From Lingula anatina (Eukaryota; Animalia; Brachiopoda): a stretch of 64,000 bases of DNA. The notes beneath the pieces are model-generated. The model saw only the letters and a program-made list of their open reading frames with translations. It was not told where the DNA came from and made no database searches. The stretch lies in NCBI GenBank assembly GCA_051362555.1, contig CM120643.1, positions 5,270,001-5,334,000 of the forward strand. The letters are read 5' to 3'. The position numbers were made by a program, and so were the translations under genes. Shown in pieces: positions 1 to 14,162 of this stretch (the first letter of the stretch is position 1; every line of letters begins with the position of its first letter).

Positions 1-52
1 GTATGAGGATGGCAACAGTAGAGATAGTTTTGACCTGGATGTATCTCCACTG
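1..52 (+). CDS. JARID2: putative JARID2 exon, partial ([17 protein letters not shown])
   Basis: Open frame from nt 2, ending at CTG|gtgagt donor, phase 0, which matches the next acceptor. Confidence 0.55.
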
Positions 53-128
53 GTGAGTCCAGCAGTGGTCTTCACTGTCAGACTGCTGATTGCATAGATG
101 TTTGACTTGCCAGGGTGCAAGAACTATG

Positions 129-190
<62 letters not shown>

Positions 191-3100
191 GGATGGCAGT
201 TTGTACTTGCAGTCATGCATTAAATAAAATGTTTGAAATGTTTGACCTATAAAATTATGCCCCTGCAACAAAGATGCACAATAAAAACCACCAACTAAAA
301 ATTTACATTTTATGGAGAGGCAGGAGTTGCCAATTAGGGCTACACCCTTGGAGACTTCAAATACCCTATGTTGCAATTTATTTGAATTAGACTCAAGTGA
401 TGGAATAACAGGCTCTGCTTTGTGCTTCTGCTTAAAGCTGAGATGGGAAATTAAAAAAAGGAAACCCTCCCGAGTCTGAGCACTGACTAGTGAGAATGTT
501 GAGTCGTGTCTGAGCATGCGCAGTGACTATAGGGAGAATGTTGACTGGTGTTTGAGCAGTGACTAGGGAGAATGTTGACTGGTGTCTGAGCAGTGACTAG
601 GCAGAATGTTGACTGGTGTCTGAGCAGTGACTAGGGAGAATGTTGACTGGTGTCTGAGCAGTGACTAGGGAGAATGTTGACTGGTGTCTGAGCAGTGACT
701 AGGGAGAATGTTGACTGGTGTCTGAGCAGTGACTAGGGAGAATGTTGACTGTAGTCTAAGCATTGGCTGGTGAAAATGGTGACTGGTGTCTGAGCATTTA
801 CCAAGGACAATGTTGACTAGGGCTGTATGGTAATTGTGTTGAGAAAAAGCAACAAGAAGTTATCTTGCCAAATACCAGTCTTTGATCATGTACCAATGGT
901 ATTTTTCTGTGGAGAACAATTGCTGTAGTGCTTCTTATTGGTAATAGCTCATAGATTTTTGATACATCACTTATTCTTTTCTTACATTATCTATTGAACT
1001 GCATGTAATCAGTTATGTTTGAATTTTATGAGAAATTACTTCTTCTGTAGTCTTTGTAATATAATCTTGATATGTTCCTCTTTACAGGGTACTAACACTA
1101 CAGCCACTGCAGCTAGTAGTATTAATAGTTGTGTTGCCACTGGTACTGAAAGTAAAACTGCTTCCCAAAGTAAAACTAAACCAAGCTCTACTATAGAAAC
1201 TATAGCCAGCAGCAGGTCTGATACCTGTCAGCCACCCACAGTAACTTCCCTCTCAGACACTGTACCTTCTGTGACATCAGTTTCCACAGCCATTTCTTCT
1301 GCTGCATTATGTGATCAACTCAAGGGCGATCACTTTGTGCCAATTACTATGGCAGAGACACTGGTTGAATGTATATGTCCTACACTGCAAGTGTCATCAT
1401 CTGGCATGCTTGACAGTGTGAGCAAGTAACTTTGTTCTTTCTTTCCTTACTCTGTACACCTATTCTGTTACCACCTGCAAAAGCTTGGTTGATATATTAT
1501 CTTTCATTTTGCATGTAGTTGTTTGCCTCGGAATGCTAGCCTTTGACAGGAGCCTTGATCCCTCTGTGACCTTGACCCTAATCTTGACCTACAGTCTAAA
1601 CTGTTCAGTTTTATAGGTATTTGGGAATGCAAGCGTTAATGCTGCATATTTTTTCAGGAACCATGTTTAAAATTTACCAAGGGAAGAAAAAGACTTACTA
1701 GTAGAAGAGAGGATTTTCAGGACATGCAAGAGAGTAGTTGTAGATCAGACAGTGTAAAAGAAAATGTCTCTGTGCTAACAGATTTGCAGAGGAAACCACC
1801 TGTTTCATGTGGCATAGACACTAATGCCTCTTTAGCACCGAGTAGGCACATGGGTTACTCTACTTTATGTGATGAACAGCCAGTTATCCAAGGAATGAAT
1901 GATGTGCAAGAAAAAACCCCAGAGGAGAATGCAGGTGACAGTGAAAGTGTTCTACCCAGTGATCTGGATAGTAGGTGTCATGTAGATGGTGGGGTACCCA
2001 TCTCCATTGCAGAAATGTCTGGACTACCTGGGATAACAGCCATTGCCAAGGGTCAGACTGGCACAGATCTTGCTGTTTGTGACACAAATGGAGAACTTCT
2101 GTTCAATGCAAAGTCAGTTTCTAAATTTTTCAATCCAGAATCTTCTGCAACAAAAGAGCTTGTCAGCCCATCTGTAATTGGTCAGAACATCAATGTTCCT
2201 TGCACACAGGTGGAAACCTCACATTCCCAGCACAATCTCTCCTCTTGTGTTGAGGAAGCTTTGGAAGATAACAAAGTGCCCTGTGCTTGGAATATTGTGA
2301 AAAGGAAGGACATACAAAATGCGCAAGATCTTATACCCACAAACAGTATTGCAACATGTTGTGAAGGATATGCTATAGCTGAAACTGTTATGATAAAAAG
2401 TTCAGGCAACACAGATCTTTCAAGATACTGTCAATCTTTGTCATCTTCTGCCCAAGACAAGTTGGGGATGAATGTGATACCAGGGTCTCAGAAAACAGAT
2501 TTTATCAAAAATGTCAGAATAAATTTTGTACCAACTACAAGCCTTGTGGATGACAACAATGAAAGGGACAGGAGTCCTTTGTTGTCTGCTAGAGAATGTG
2601 ATGGGGAGTTCCAGATCATAGGACAAGGGTCACCACAGTTGAGTGAAAGCTGCTGTATCCAGGTATGCACTGGCATCCATGCAGCCTGTCACAGAGAGAC
2701 TCCACTAGCTTGCAATCCACTTATCATTGCTGATTCCACCCCTGTGGCTGCACATGTTGCTTTTAGGCCAAGTATTGTTACTGTTTATCCTGAAAAGGAT
2801 AGCTGTGAAAATTTAGATAACTGTCTGGAGACCATTGGCACTGTAGAGGGAAGAGAACCTGATTATGTTAATAGTGATGATTGTGTTTGTTTGTCATCAT
2901 GTGGTCAGTCAAATTCAAATGATCAGCTTAACGCTACTCTGTTGCCATCCCCTCAGTTAATAGCTTCTGATACCAAAGTGTCATATTCCATATCTAACCA
3001 GTTTGATGAAGACAACCAAATTAGAAATGATACTGCTGGTGATGATGGCATACCTTTTCCTGTGTTTGAAAAATGCCCCGAATTATGTTTATTGTCCACA

Positions 3101-6100
3101 GTAGAAAAACAGAATGGAGAAGAAAACTCAGCAGATGGTAATTTCCCAAACATATCTGTTTTAGAAGACCCATTCTCCCTTGATATTCATACATTAAGTA
3201 GTTTGTTAGAGTTGATGTCTGATTTGACCCTGGAGGATGGTTTAAGCTCACATCTAGAGAAAGTACCTGGCGTGAAAGATCTTGCAGCGGTGGGTATGCA
3301 TGCACATGGTGAGAAGAATGGAGTTTGTAACTGCACAGACTGTTCTAGCTTAGTGGGAAGCTGCTCACCTTCTAAAGATCTTAGGGAATACCAAGAACAT
3401 AGTGTCCATACCACAGATACCATGGATAGTGAAAAGGAACAAAGAGGTGGTCCCCTCCCTGCCAACCTACACAGATTCCATTTGCCTACAAGTGTACCTT
3501 TGGCTTGCTCTTCTGCTGAACGCCCAAGTGTAAAGGACCAGATAAATGAAACCATGTCAGCTTGCTATGGCCCCACCGCAAACTTGTACCCACAACCCCC
3601 TGTGCTTTGTTCACCAGGTTTCTTTAGGCACTGTGCAGTAAACAATGTGAAGGTAGTTATGTAGTTTTCCATAAGACCATTGCCTTGTTTGTTATTTGAC
3701 TTGAGTTATATTTTTATATAATGTTAATTACCTCATTCAGTTTCATATGGGTTTTAGTCTGGTTTTCACTAAAATCAAGTTAAATCTTTTTTAAAACTGA
3801 CTTATATCTAGAATCCATTCTAAGACCTTAATCGTATCCCTGCATTTGTGCAATACCATGTTTAGGTTTACTTTTGGTTCCCTCAAATAATGAATACAGT
3901 GTAAGATATACTGTTCAATATTACTGTTTTTTAGTTTGAGGTGGTTGCTGAAAAAGCTGCAGGAACATGTGTCTTTAATAAGGAAGGAGACTTTTAGAAC
4001 CAGACTAAAATTCAAACAAAACCATTGGATATAATGTGCCTGCTTACAATTATTTGCTTGATAATTATTGTTATTGTTATACAAGGTTCAGAATTGATTG
4101 TTCTTTAAACACTTCACTGTTCTTGGGCAAAATGCCTCTTTAACAGAAAAGTGAGACTATAGCTCCAGTTCAGGGAGAATGAGGCTGTAGCTCCAGTTGA
4201 AGTAAAGACTTGATAATTTAATTGGGTATAAACTATGGGTAATGTATTATAACAGCAAGCAGAGGTGCTGTTATGATTTACAGTCCAAAATATTGTTTCA
4301 GTAGTTCATTATTATTGAGAGCTTGTTGGATTCTGATAGCAGGTCTAATAATTTATGATCCATAGATAAATATTAATAGCATGCCAATTAACATATTTTA
4401 CATGATTAATAGCATGCTAATCCTCTGTAATTTCCCTTGCATGCTTCTGGTATTTCTGTTTTTACTTTTTATTGCTATTTCAACAGATTCACATTTGCTT
4501 TTATTTCCATTTTATAATTAAAAGGCAAAAATTAACAAGAATTAATAATTTGAAACATACTATGCATTTAAGTGATACTGTTGTTAAGTCTGATGTGGAA
4601 TAAGTCATATATTATTGTTTGTTATGTTTCAAATTTTTTAATCAAATGAACTTCATGTTTCATTTTAACACCACTATCATCAATAATCCATGAATCTACA
4701 TTTTTTCTGTAATAAATGTGCTTTGATTTATTTAGACTTGTGAAAGGAAGCTACTTTTCTTGAAAATCCTTTCTATTATATCATCTTGTTGCAGATATTT
4801 TTTTTTGTTTTAATATTATTAAAATAAATTCAGCAACTTCCAAGTTATTACATATCTGATATCAGTCTACTGTAACAGTTGTTTCAATCTGTATTATTTT
4901 TACATTATCAGCCTCGTGACACTCCACCAAGAAGACCATTTTCCAAGCACAGTGACAGATTCCCAAGGGCCTCTTCACCCCCTCCCAATCTTTCTCCAGT
5001 GAAACCCATTGCCATGAGACCAACCCCGACCAAGTCCAGGGTGCCTCCTCCACTGTTGCCTATTGAACCACTAAAGAAATACGAGGTACTGCTGCATGCC
5101 TCCTATAATATAAAGGATGTTCTTCTGATCAATGATATTTTTACTTATTTTATGTTTTATGGGGTCTTTTCAAGGAATGGAAACCTTGCAAAATCAAGAT
5201 GAATTTTTTTAAATCATGTTATATTGAAATCTTTGAAAACATTTTTTTTTATGTACAGATACAGATGTGTCTGTACATATTACAGTCACATGCATCTGTC
5301 GTCGCCATCGCCACTGCTGTTGCTGTGCATTTTCAGTGTTAAGCAGAAAATCATTTTACCTTTTGTCTTTAAACTTAAGGCATTGATGAATATCTTTAAA
5401 ATACTGAGTACAGGTCAAGTTTAAAAATCTGCATGATCCGGCCACTTTTTCAAAAGTTTTGCTGTTTTTATGTACAGACACAGATGTGTCTGTACATATT
5501 GCCATCACCTGCGTCTGTCGTCGCCGATGGCGATGGCGATGGCGATGCCAATGCCGATGCCGATGCCGATGCCGGCGCCGTGCACTTTCCTTGTAAACAC
5601 GATAAGTGGAGGGCAGTTTTACTTTTTGGCTTTATATTTACAGAGCTGATGAATATTCATAAAACGCAGGTCAAGTTCGAAAATCAGTATGATCGGGCCA
5701 TTATTGTAGAAGTTATGCTGTTTTTTCACTTTTCAGCATATTTTTCACATTTCCTCAGATTCAATTCTTAGGCATGTTAACAGTCTCATTATTAAACTAA
5801 TAAGATACATAAAAGTGTTTGTTTGACATTTCCTGCATCTTTACAACATTGTAAGTTGATTTTGTAAAAAAGATGGTAAACTTGTTATCATGTATTGTGT
5901 AATAAAGTTTCAAAAATAAAAAAAAACTCATATCATTGCAGTTTGTCAGATTCAATCATTCACTATGTTCAGAATCTCAGAATGGAAGAAATTGGACATT
6001 TAACACTGCTCTGTTGATAATTTTCCCATCTCATCAATTTTCTTAGTTGATCATATAAAAATGGCAGTAAACTGTTAATTTTGTTTTATGTTAAAAATTG

Positions 6101-9100
6101 TTAAAAATGGAAAAAAAAACATTTCAGAACAGTGCTGTCTTGTTTACATTTTGGCATTTTCAAGTTGTGACTTTGAAGTTCCATGGGCCTGAAGACCTTT
6201 GCTAGTCACATTTTCTGAACATCCATGATACTAATATTTTATTATTAAAAATTGATGGTCATTATGCTGTTAAACATTATGTAATATTGCATCAAAATTT
6301 GAAAAAAACCTATTTTGGGCACTGTTCCCATGATGACCATTTAAGAAAAACCATGTCAATTACTGTTCTTAAACAGTACAGTAAATATATATAGATGTGT
6401 CTGTACATATTGACATCACCTGTGTCTGTCGTCGCCGTCATCGCCGTCGCCGTGCACTTTCATTGTAAGCACGATAAGTGGAAGGCAGTTTTACTTTTGG
6501 GCTTTATATTTACAGAGCTGATGAATATTCATAAAACACAGGTCAAGTTCAAAAATCAGCATGATCGGGCCTTTATTGTAGAAGTTATGCTTTTTTTTTC
6601 ACTTTTCAGCATATATGCAACACTGTAAACACATTTCAAGAAAAACCGATAGGCTTGTTGTCATGAAACTCACAGGAGTAATTGATCTTACTAAAACGCA
6701 AGTCAAGTTCGAAACCGGCATGCAGCCTGAGTTGGAAAAGCAGTCTAATTGGCTTCTTTTTCTGGAAGTTATACATGTTCAAAGTGTGAACTTGAACTCC
6801 CATGGGCCTGAAGCCTTATGCTTGTTACACATTTTACTTACATTGGTATTACCTGTTGAGCATAATTAAAATTTGATGTTAAATTTGCAGTTTAACATAA
6901 TGTACTTTTGCATCAGAATTGACATTAGCCTATTTTGTGCATAGTTATTTCCTGCTTTTTATGTACAGACACAGATGTGTCTGTACATATAGCCATCATC
7001 TGCGTCTGTCGTCGCCGTCGTCGCCGTTGCCGTGCACTTTTACCGATAACACGATAAGTGGAAAACCATTTTACCTTTTGACTTGAAACTTGCAGAACTG
7101 ATGAATATTCATAATACGCAGGTCAAGTTCGAAAATCAGCATGATCGGGTCACTTTTAGGGAATTTATGCTGTTTTTATGTACAGACACAGATGTGTCTG
7201 TACATATTGCCATCACCTGCGTCTGTCGTCGCCGTCGCCGTCGCCGATCATGTCGCCGTCGCCGTGCACTTTCAGCGTTAACACCATAAGTGGAAGACAG
7301 TTTTACTTTTTGGCTTTATATTTACAGAGCTGACTAATATTCATAAAACGCAGGTCAAGTTTGAAAATCAGCATGATCGGGCCATTATTGTAGAATTTAT
7401 GCTGTTTTTTCACTTTTTAGCATATATGCAACACGTTAACACATTTCAAGGAAAACCGATAGGCCTGTTGTCATGAAACTCACAGGAGTAATCAGTCTTA
7501 CTAAAACGCAGATCAAGTTCGAAAATCGGCATGATCGGGCCACTATTTTAGTAGTTATGCTGTTTTTTCACTTTTCAGCATATATGCAACACTGTTAACA
7601 CATTTCAAGGAAAACCGATAGACCTGTTTTCATGAAACTCACAGGAGTTATCAATCTTACTAAAACGCAGGTCAAGTTCGAAAATCGGCATGATCGGGTC
7701 ACCATTTTACTAGTTATGCTGTTTTTTACACTTTTCAGCATATATGCAACACTGTAAACACAATATAAGAAAAACAGATGGGCCAATTGTCATGAAAGTC
7801 ACAGGAGTGGTCAATTTTACTAAAATGCAGGTTGAGTTCGTAAATCATGTCGCCGTCGCCGTGCACTTTCAGCGTTAACACCATAAGTGGAAGACAGTTT
7901 TACTTTTTGGCTTTATATTTACAGAGCTGACGAATATTCATAAAACGCAGGTCAAGTTCGAAAATCAGTATGAACGGGCCATTATTGTAGAATTTATGCT
8001 GTTTTTTCACTTTTCAGCATATATGCAACACTGTAAACACATTTCAAGGAAAACCGATAGGCCTGTTGTCATGAAACTCACAGGAGTAATCGATCTTACT
8101 AAAACACAGATCAAGTTCGAAAATGGGCATGATTGGGCCACTATTTTAGTAGTTATGCTTTTTTTTCACTTTTCAGCATATATGCAACACTGTAAACACA
8201 ATATAAGAAAAACAGATTGGCCAATTGTCATTAAACTCACAGGAGTGGTCAATCTTGCTAAAACGCAGGTGGAGTTCAAAAATCAGCATAATTGGGCCAT
8301 TATTTTAGAAGGTATGCTGTTTTTTCACATTTCCTCAGATTCAATTTTTAGGCATGTTAACAGTCTCATTATTAAACTAATAAGATACGTGAAAGTGTTT
8401 GTTTGACATTTCCTGCATCTTTACAACATTGTTAGTTGATTTTGTAAAAATGATGGTAAACATGTTATCGTGTATTGTGTAATAAAGTTTCAAAAATGGA
8501 AATAAACTCATATCATTGCAATTTGTCAGATTCAATCATTCACTATGTTCAGAATCTCAGAATGGAAGAAATTGGACATTTAACACTGCTCTGTTGATAC
8601 TTTTCTCATCTCATCAATTTTCTTAGTTGATCATGTAAAAATGGCAGTAAACTGATAATTTTGTTTTATGTTAAAAATTGTTAAAAATGGGGAAAAAACA
8701 TTTCAGAACAGTGCTGTCTTGTTTACATTTTGGCATTTTCAAGTTGTGACTTTGAAGTTCCATGGGCCTGAAGACCTTTGCTAGTCACATTTTCTGAATA
8801 TCCATGATACTAATATTTTATTATTAAAAATTGATGGTCATTATGCTGTTAAACATTATGTAACATTGCATCAAAATTTGAAAAAAAACTATTTTGGGCA
8901 CTGCTCCCATGATTACCTTTTAAGAAAAACCATGTCACTTACTGTTTTCAAACTTACAGGAAAGAAACATGGGACTAAAATACAGCTTCAGTAGGCAATG
9001 CAATCTGCCAGATAAACAGTTTTTTTTTGTGAAAATTTAATTTTTCACATATTGGCATTTTCAAGGTGTGACTTTGAAGTTCCACAGGCTTGAAGACCCA

Positions 9101-12100
9101 GGCTAGTCACATTTTCTGAAAATCCATGATACATATATTTTGTTATTAAAAATTGATTGTCATTATGCTGTTAACCATTATGTAATATTGCATCAGAATA
9201 GAAGAAAACACAATTTTGGGTGCTGCTGCCATGATGACCATTATGGGAAAACCATGTTACTTATGATTGCCGAACTTTCAAAAAAGAAATACAGGACTGA
9301 AATGCAGCCTGAGTTGGAAAAGCAGTCTAATTGACTTCTTTTTCTGGAAGTTTTACATTTTCAAAGTGTGAACTTGAACTCCCATGGGCCTGAAGCTTTA
9401 TGCTTGTTTCACATTTTACTTACATTGGTATTACCTGTTGAGCATAATTAAAATTTGATGTTGAATTTGCAGTTTAACATAATGTACTTTTGCATCAGAA
9501 TTGACAGTAGCCTATTTTGTTATTTCCTGCTTTTTGTCTGTACATTTGACAGCTTTGCTGCCTTGTTTCACTATTGACAGCACATATGATATACTGATAA
9601 CACATATCAAAGAAAACCTACAGGCCTATTGTCTTCAAACTCACAGGTGTGATCAATCTTACAGAAATACAGGTCTTGTTCGAAAATCAGCGTGATCTGA
9701 TCATTTGTCCAAAAGTTATGCTGTTTTTTTTTTTTTTTTTCAACATTTTATCCACTGTCCCATATTTTGCTTTAAAATTTGCAGAACTAATTCATAGTAT
9801 GTAGATTTTAAAAAATTTTGACAAGGTTGCATTGTGACAAACATCACACCTAGGCCAATGCAACAACGTAGAAAAAATTATAAGGAGTTGAAGTTGAGAT
9901 TATATGTGACCTCATTCCAAGAGATGGGAACACAGGTCTTTGAAGTCTAGGAGGAAAAGTGGTAACGGTGACTGCACAGTAGAGCCAGTACCATGCCTTG
10001 GTACAGTAACAACCATTTTCACAAATCATGAACATTGTTTCAAACTTTTTTCATCTGCATAGAACCATTAACTGTGTTGCATTGAATTGGCATGGTAAAA
10101 TGTTCTATATGCCCCATTGTTTTAAAGTCCTTTTTCTGTATCCTTTCAGTCCAAGAAGGTGATGACAAGGAGTGAATCTGCTGTAAAGCTGAAGAAACTG
10201 CAGGTGACTGTGACCAGACTGAGGTCAGGCAAGGTGGCCTATTCACATCACCACAAGTCTCCATTTAAAACTTACCATAAGGTGAGGGGTGTATTACAGA
10301 TAGAGAGAGGGATGAAAGTAACAGTGAATATTTTGGAAAATATGATGGTCCTACAGATGGTCTTGTTAACTTGGTTTGTGATGTGCTGCAAGGTTGGGAA
10401 GTCAGATAGAGATAAAGTTTAATTATATGCAGACACTTCTTGTGTATATATACATTCAGATCACTGTGTCTATCCTTATTATTGTGGTAGATGTTCTACA
10501 CATATTTTAGGGACCATTTCCATACCCTTTCGTGCTAACTGTGGATCAATCTATCTCCGGCCGATTTTTGCTGAATTGCAATCAACTTAAGCGGCTTAGA
10601 TGGCTGTCACGCCTACTGAAGCTGCTAAGGGGTAATTAATCATTGTTAAGCAACTTAAGTAGGCGTGCCAGACATCTTGGCCACTTAAGCTGAAAGCAAT
10701 TAAACGAGAAACCCATCGGAGATACATTGATACTGTTAGATGGATCTAGGTAAGGGAACCCAATCTTACTCTTAAGCAAAGTTTTTAAAAAATTACTGAT
10801 TGGCTTTGGTAAAAAAGCAGGATCCACACAAATATTGGCATTTCGATGTTAATATGCAGAAGTTATGGGATTTTTTGCATGTACTTAGTGGCGCTTGCCC
10901 CAATTACAGTGTCAAACTGTAATTATATCCATTCCATCTAGTGTAGTATCAGAATCAATTAACAACTTGAGTATAAAAATGACAAATGCAATATACAAGT
11001 TGATTGATATTTGACCAGTTAAGGCTGCTTTGATTTATTACAAACCCAAATTACATTTATAATGAATCAAACTTATAATCTGAAATAACTAAGAAAACAG
11101 ATTTATTAGGTAATCACCTGAAACATGGTAACTAGATTTATGGTAGTCCACCAGACTGCAGTTGCGGTTGCAACTTTAATCACTAACATTTTTGTGAATA
11201 AGTTCAAAAATATTGGGTTAAACTGCCAACAGAGTGTATAGGCCCAGGCATGCATACTGTCATAAACCATGGCCTTGGCTCTGCCCACTTGATACTTCAT
11301 ATTTTATAATGGACTATATATTTTTCTCTAGGTACAAAAACTAAAGAAAACCAAGGAGGCTATTTCAGAAAAAATCAAAGCTAAGAAAAGTAAGAAAACA
11401 GATGAAGGAGAGGAAAGGGGAGAGTCTCAGAAAATGAAGAAAAATAAGGACAGTGTAGACACAAATGAGAAAAAGAAGTCTGCAAAGCAAAAAGTAGTAA
11501 AAAAGAAACTAAACACTGATGATTCAAAGCCCATGAAAATGCTTCCATTGGAGGAACCATCTCGAAAGAAAACCAAAACTCTTGTTAGCCATGAAAAACC
11601 ACTCACACAAGGCAAGAGTAGAGCTAAACCCATAAAAGATGGGGCAAAATCCAAAGGAACCACAAAAGACCACCCAAAAAGAAAGATTAAAACTGAGGTT
11701 ACAACAAACATGCCTATTAAACAAGAAAAATTGAAGAAAGAAACAGATGATGAAATGCATTCCACAACTGATAAGGGCATGCTTACCAGGCGAGGGAGGG
11801 CCTCTTCTGTGCCCCACTCAGATGAAATAGAAATAACATTTAAGACAATAATGCCAAAAATTCCTTCCAAGCAGTGTCTCAGTAGTCATTGCTCAAACAG
11901 TTCCAGATCTTCTAAAGTCAGTTTAGGAAAAAGAAAATTTGAAGGCTCTGAGCATAAGGATAGCATTGGTGTTGAACAGCACATCTCTGGCACTCTACCA
12001 GCAAAACTGAGTAAAAAGAACACTGATATACTGCAGGGAAGCAAGTTGAGGTCACAGTCATCTGGAGCTGTGACTGAGGAATCTTGTGAAAAGAAAAGGT

Positions 12101-14111
12101 GCCATCCAGGAGAGAGAGCGAGGAGAGTGACCAGCACCATGTCATCAAGAGCTAAGAACAATCTTATTAAGATGCCAGTCTCAAATAAAAGGGGTCGACC
12201 CACTGGTAAGAAAGGCAGTCAAGAGACTAGGGAAATGTACTAGAATCTGAAAAACAAGTAGTCTTTAAGTTTACGCATACTGTTGGCAAAAATCAGCCTG
12301 AAAAACTTTACTTAAAACTGGCCCTAATATCATATAATCCTTATGGACTCCATCTGTCACCAAAAAAAGTATAGGCATTGAGCTGATTGTCATATCATTA
12401 TATTTGGGTCGAAAGTGCTATTTTTAGTTTTCTGGTGTTCTCTAATACATGGTCTTATATCAGAAAAATTCTAACTACAAATAGGGGCTGTGCATGAGCA
12501 GTAAAGGACAGTGCAACTAATTTTTTTTTTAATAATTATTTACAGATTTTATCACTTTTAATTTTAAGTAGTGTAACACCAATTTTCAATGGACCTTTGT
12601 TACCAAGACAGCCTGACATGGGGTTTAAAAATGTTATCAATTATCTTTGGTACTGTATTTATATTTTATTGCCAAAAACTACACCTATTTTGGCTATTTT
12701 GTCTATGGTTACGGAGTTATCCTTTCTACTGATTGCTATCTAAACCAAATTAGGAGTATTGAGTTAAACCAGAAAAGTTTTCCAGGCACTCCTACTGATA
12801 AAGTGGCATCATAAAAAATGATATGTTGATGGCAAAGTCCTTTAGTGTATGCTATTTTAATACATGAGTAAGAAAAGGAAAGAAATAACTCAAAATAGAT
12901 GATATAGTGAGATAATTTGTGGTATATTATCTAAATGTCCCACTTTCACTGACACTTTGAAATCCCAATCAGAAATTTGTTCAGTATGTAGGTAATTCTC
13001 ATTCCTTTCTTGCAGTTCTTAAATGATTCTTTGTTGTTTCCTTATCATTCACTTTATGGGAAATTGTTGATCTGCCATAAAACTTCATTGGTCAAAAACA
13101 TTTGTGGGTGGGTTTACAAATTTCAAATTTGTAAATGTATTTTATTATACAATTTTTCTTATTGTTCATTACAGCTTCATAATTGATTCTTTTGCATTTT
13201 GGGCTTTATATGACCATTCCTGTTTATTTTCGTGTACAAACACAGATGTGTCAGTACATATAGCTGTCGTCTGTGTCAGTCATTGTTGTCATCACCCTCG
13301 CCATGCACATTCATTATTATACAAATTAAATGAATACAATTTTACCTTTTGTAATCAGGCTAACAGAACTGATGAATATTCATAAAATACTGGTCAAGTT
13401 TGAAAATCAACCTGATTTCCAAAAATTACAAGTTTTTGTTTTTTTTAGCATATTTTGTCCACTGTTTTACAAATTTTAATGAAAGCCATGTCATATTTTG
13501 CTTTGAAACTTGCAGGACTAAGTCAAAGGTCTAATATATAGATCAATATCAAAAATAAGCTTGATTAGTTTATTTTTTACTGTCAATTTTTTTCTTGAGC
13601 CTTGGTCCACTGGATAAGTAATTTATATGTCGATGGATTACCAGTTCGTTGGCTGCTAAGTTTATGCACCCAGTGGCAACACACTGAGGCATTACTATGG
13701 CAGTGTCTTAAATGTCCCTACTTTGTTTAGCACACCTGTCCTAAAATTCAGTATCACATTCAGCTGATGCTCTATATCGGTCATCACATATTGCATCACA
13801 GTACCATGTCATGTGACCTAGATCTGTTGCTTTATTTTTGAAATTGAAGTGGGTTTATTTTTAAACATAAATACTAGCCACTTTATTTTTGCATATTGAA
13901 GTTTTTTTTTACATAAATATTAAACTCGTTTCAGTATATATTCTGATTGATCTGTCTGGCCGTGTCATTGCTGTTGCTGTCCAACACATGACGTTTGCCC
14001 CAAAGAAGCCAAATTGTATTTTTGTTTTACTTTAAATTTACTGAGTTGCTTTGTATGGTAAAAAAGCAGGTTGCTTTTGAAAACCAGCATGATACATTTA
14101 GATTTACATTC

Positions 14112-14162
<51 letters not shown>

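Noticed and set aside
478-820. 34-bp repeats resembling CRISPR repeat length
   Set aside because: Units are head-to-tail with no unique spacers, there are no cas genes, and the context is a eukaryotic intron.
1724-3664. 646-aa ORF as a stand-alone single-exon gene
   Set aside because: The frame is open upstream to a good acceptor at 1658 and has an in-phase donor at 3652, so it fits better as an internal exon.
5224-9695. Several similar short ORFs ([26 protein letters not shown]), also at 29223-30600
   Set aside because: Incidental translations of the non-coding 158-bp repeat; frames shift between copies.
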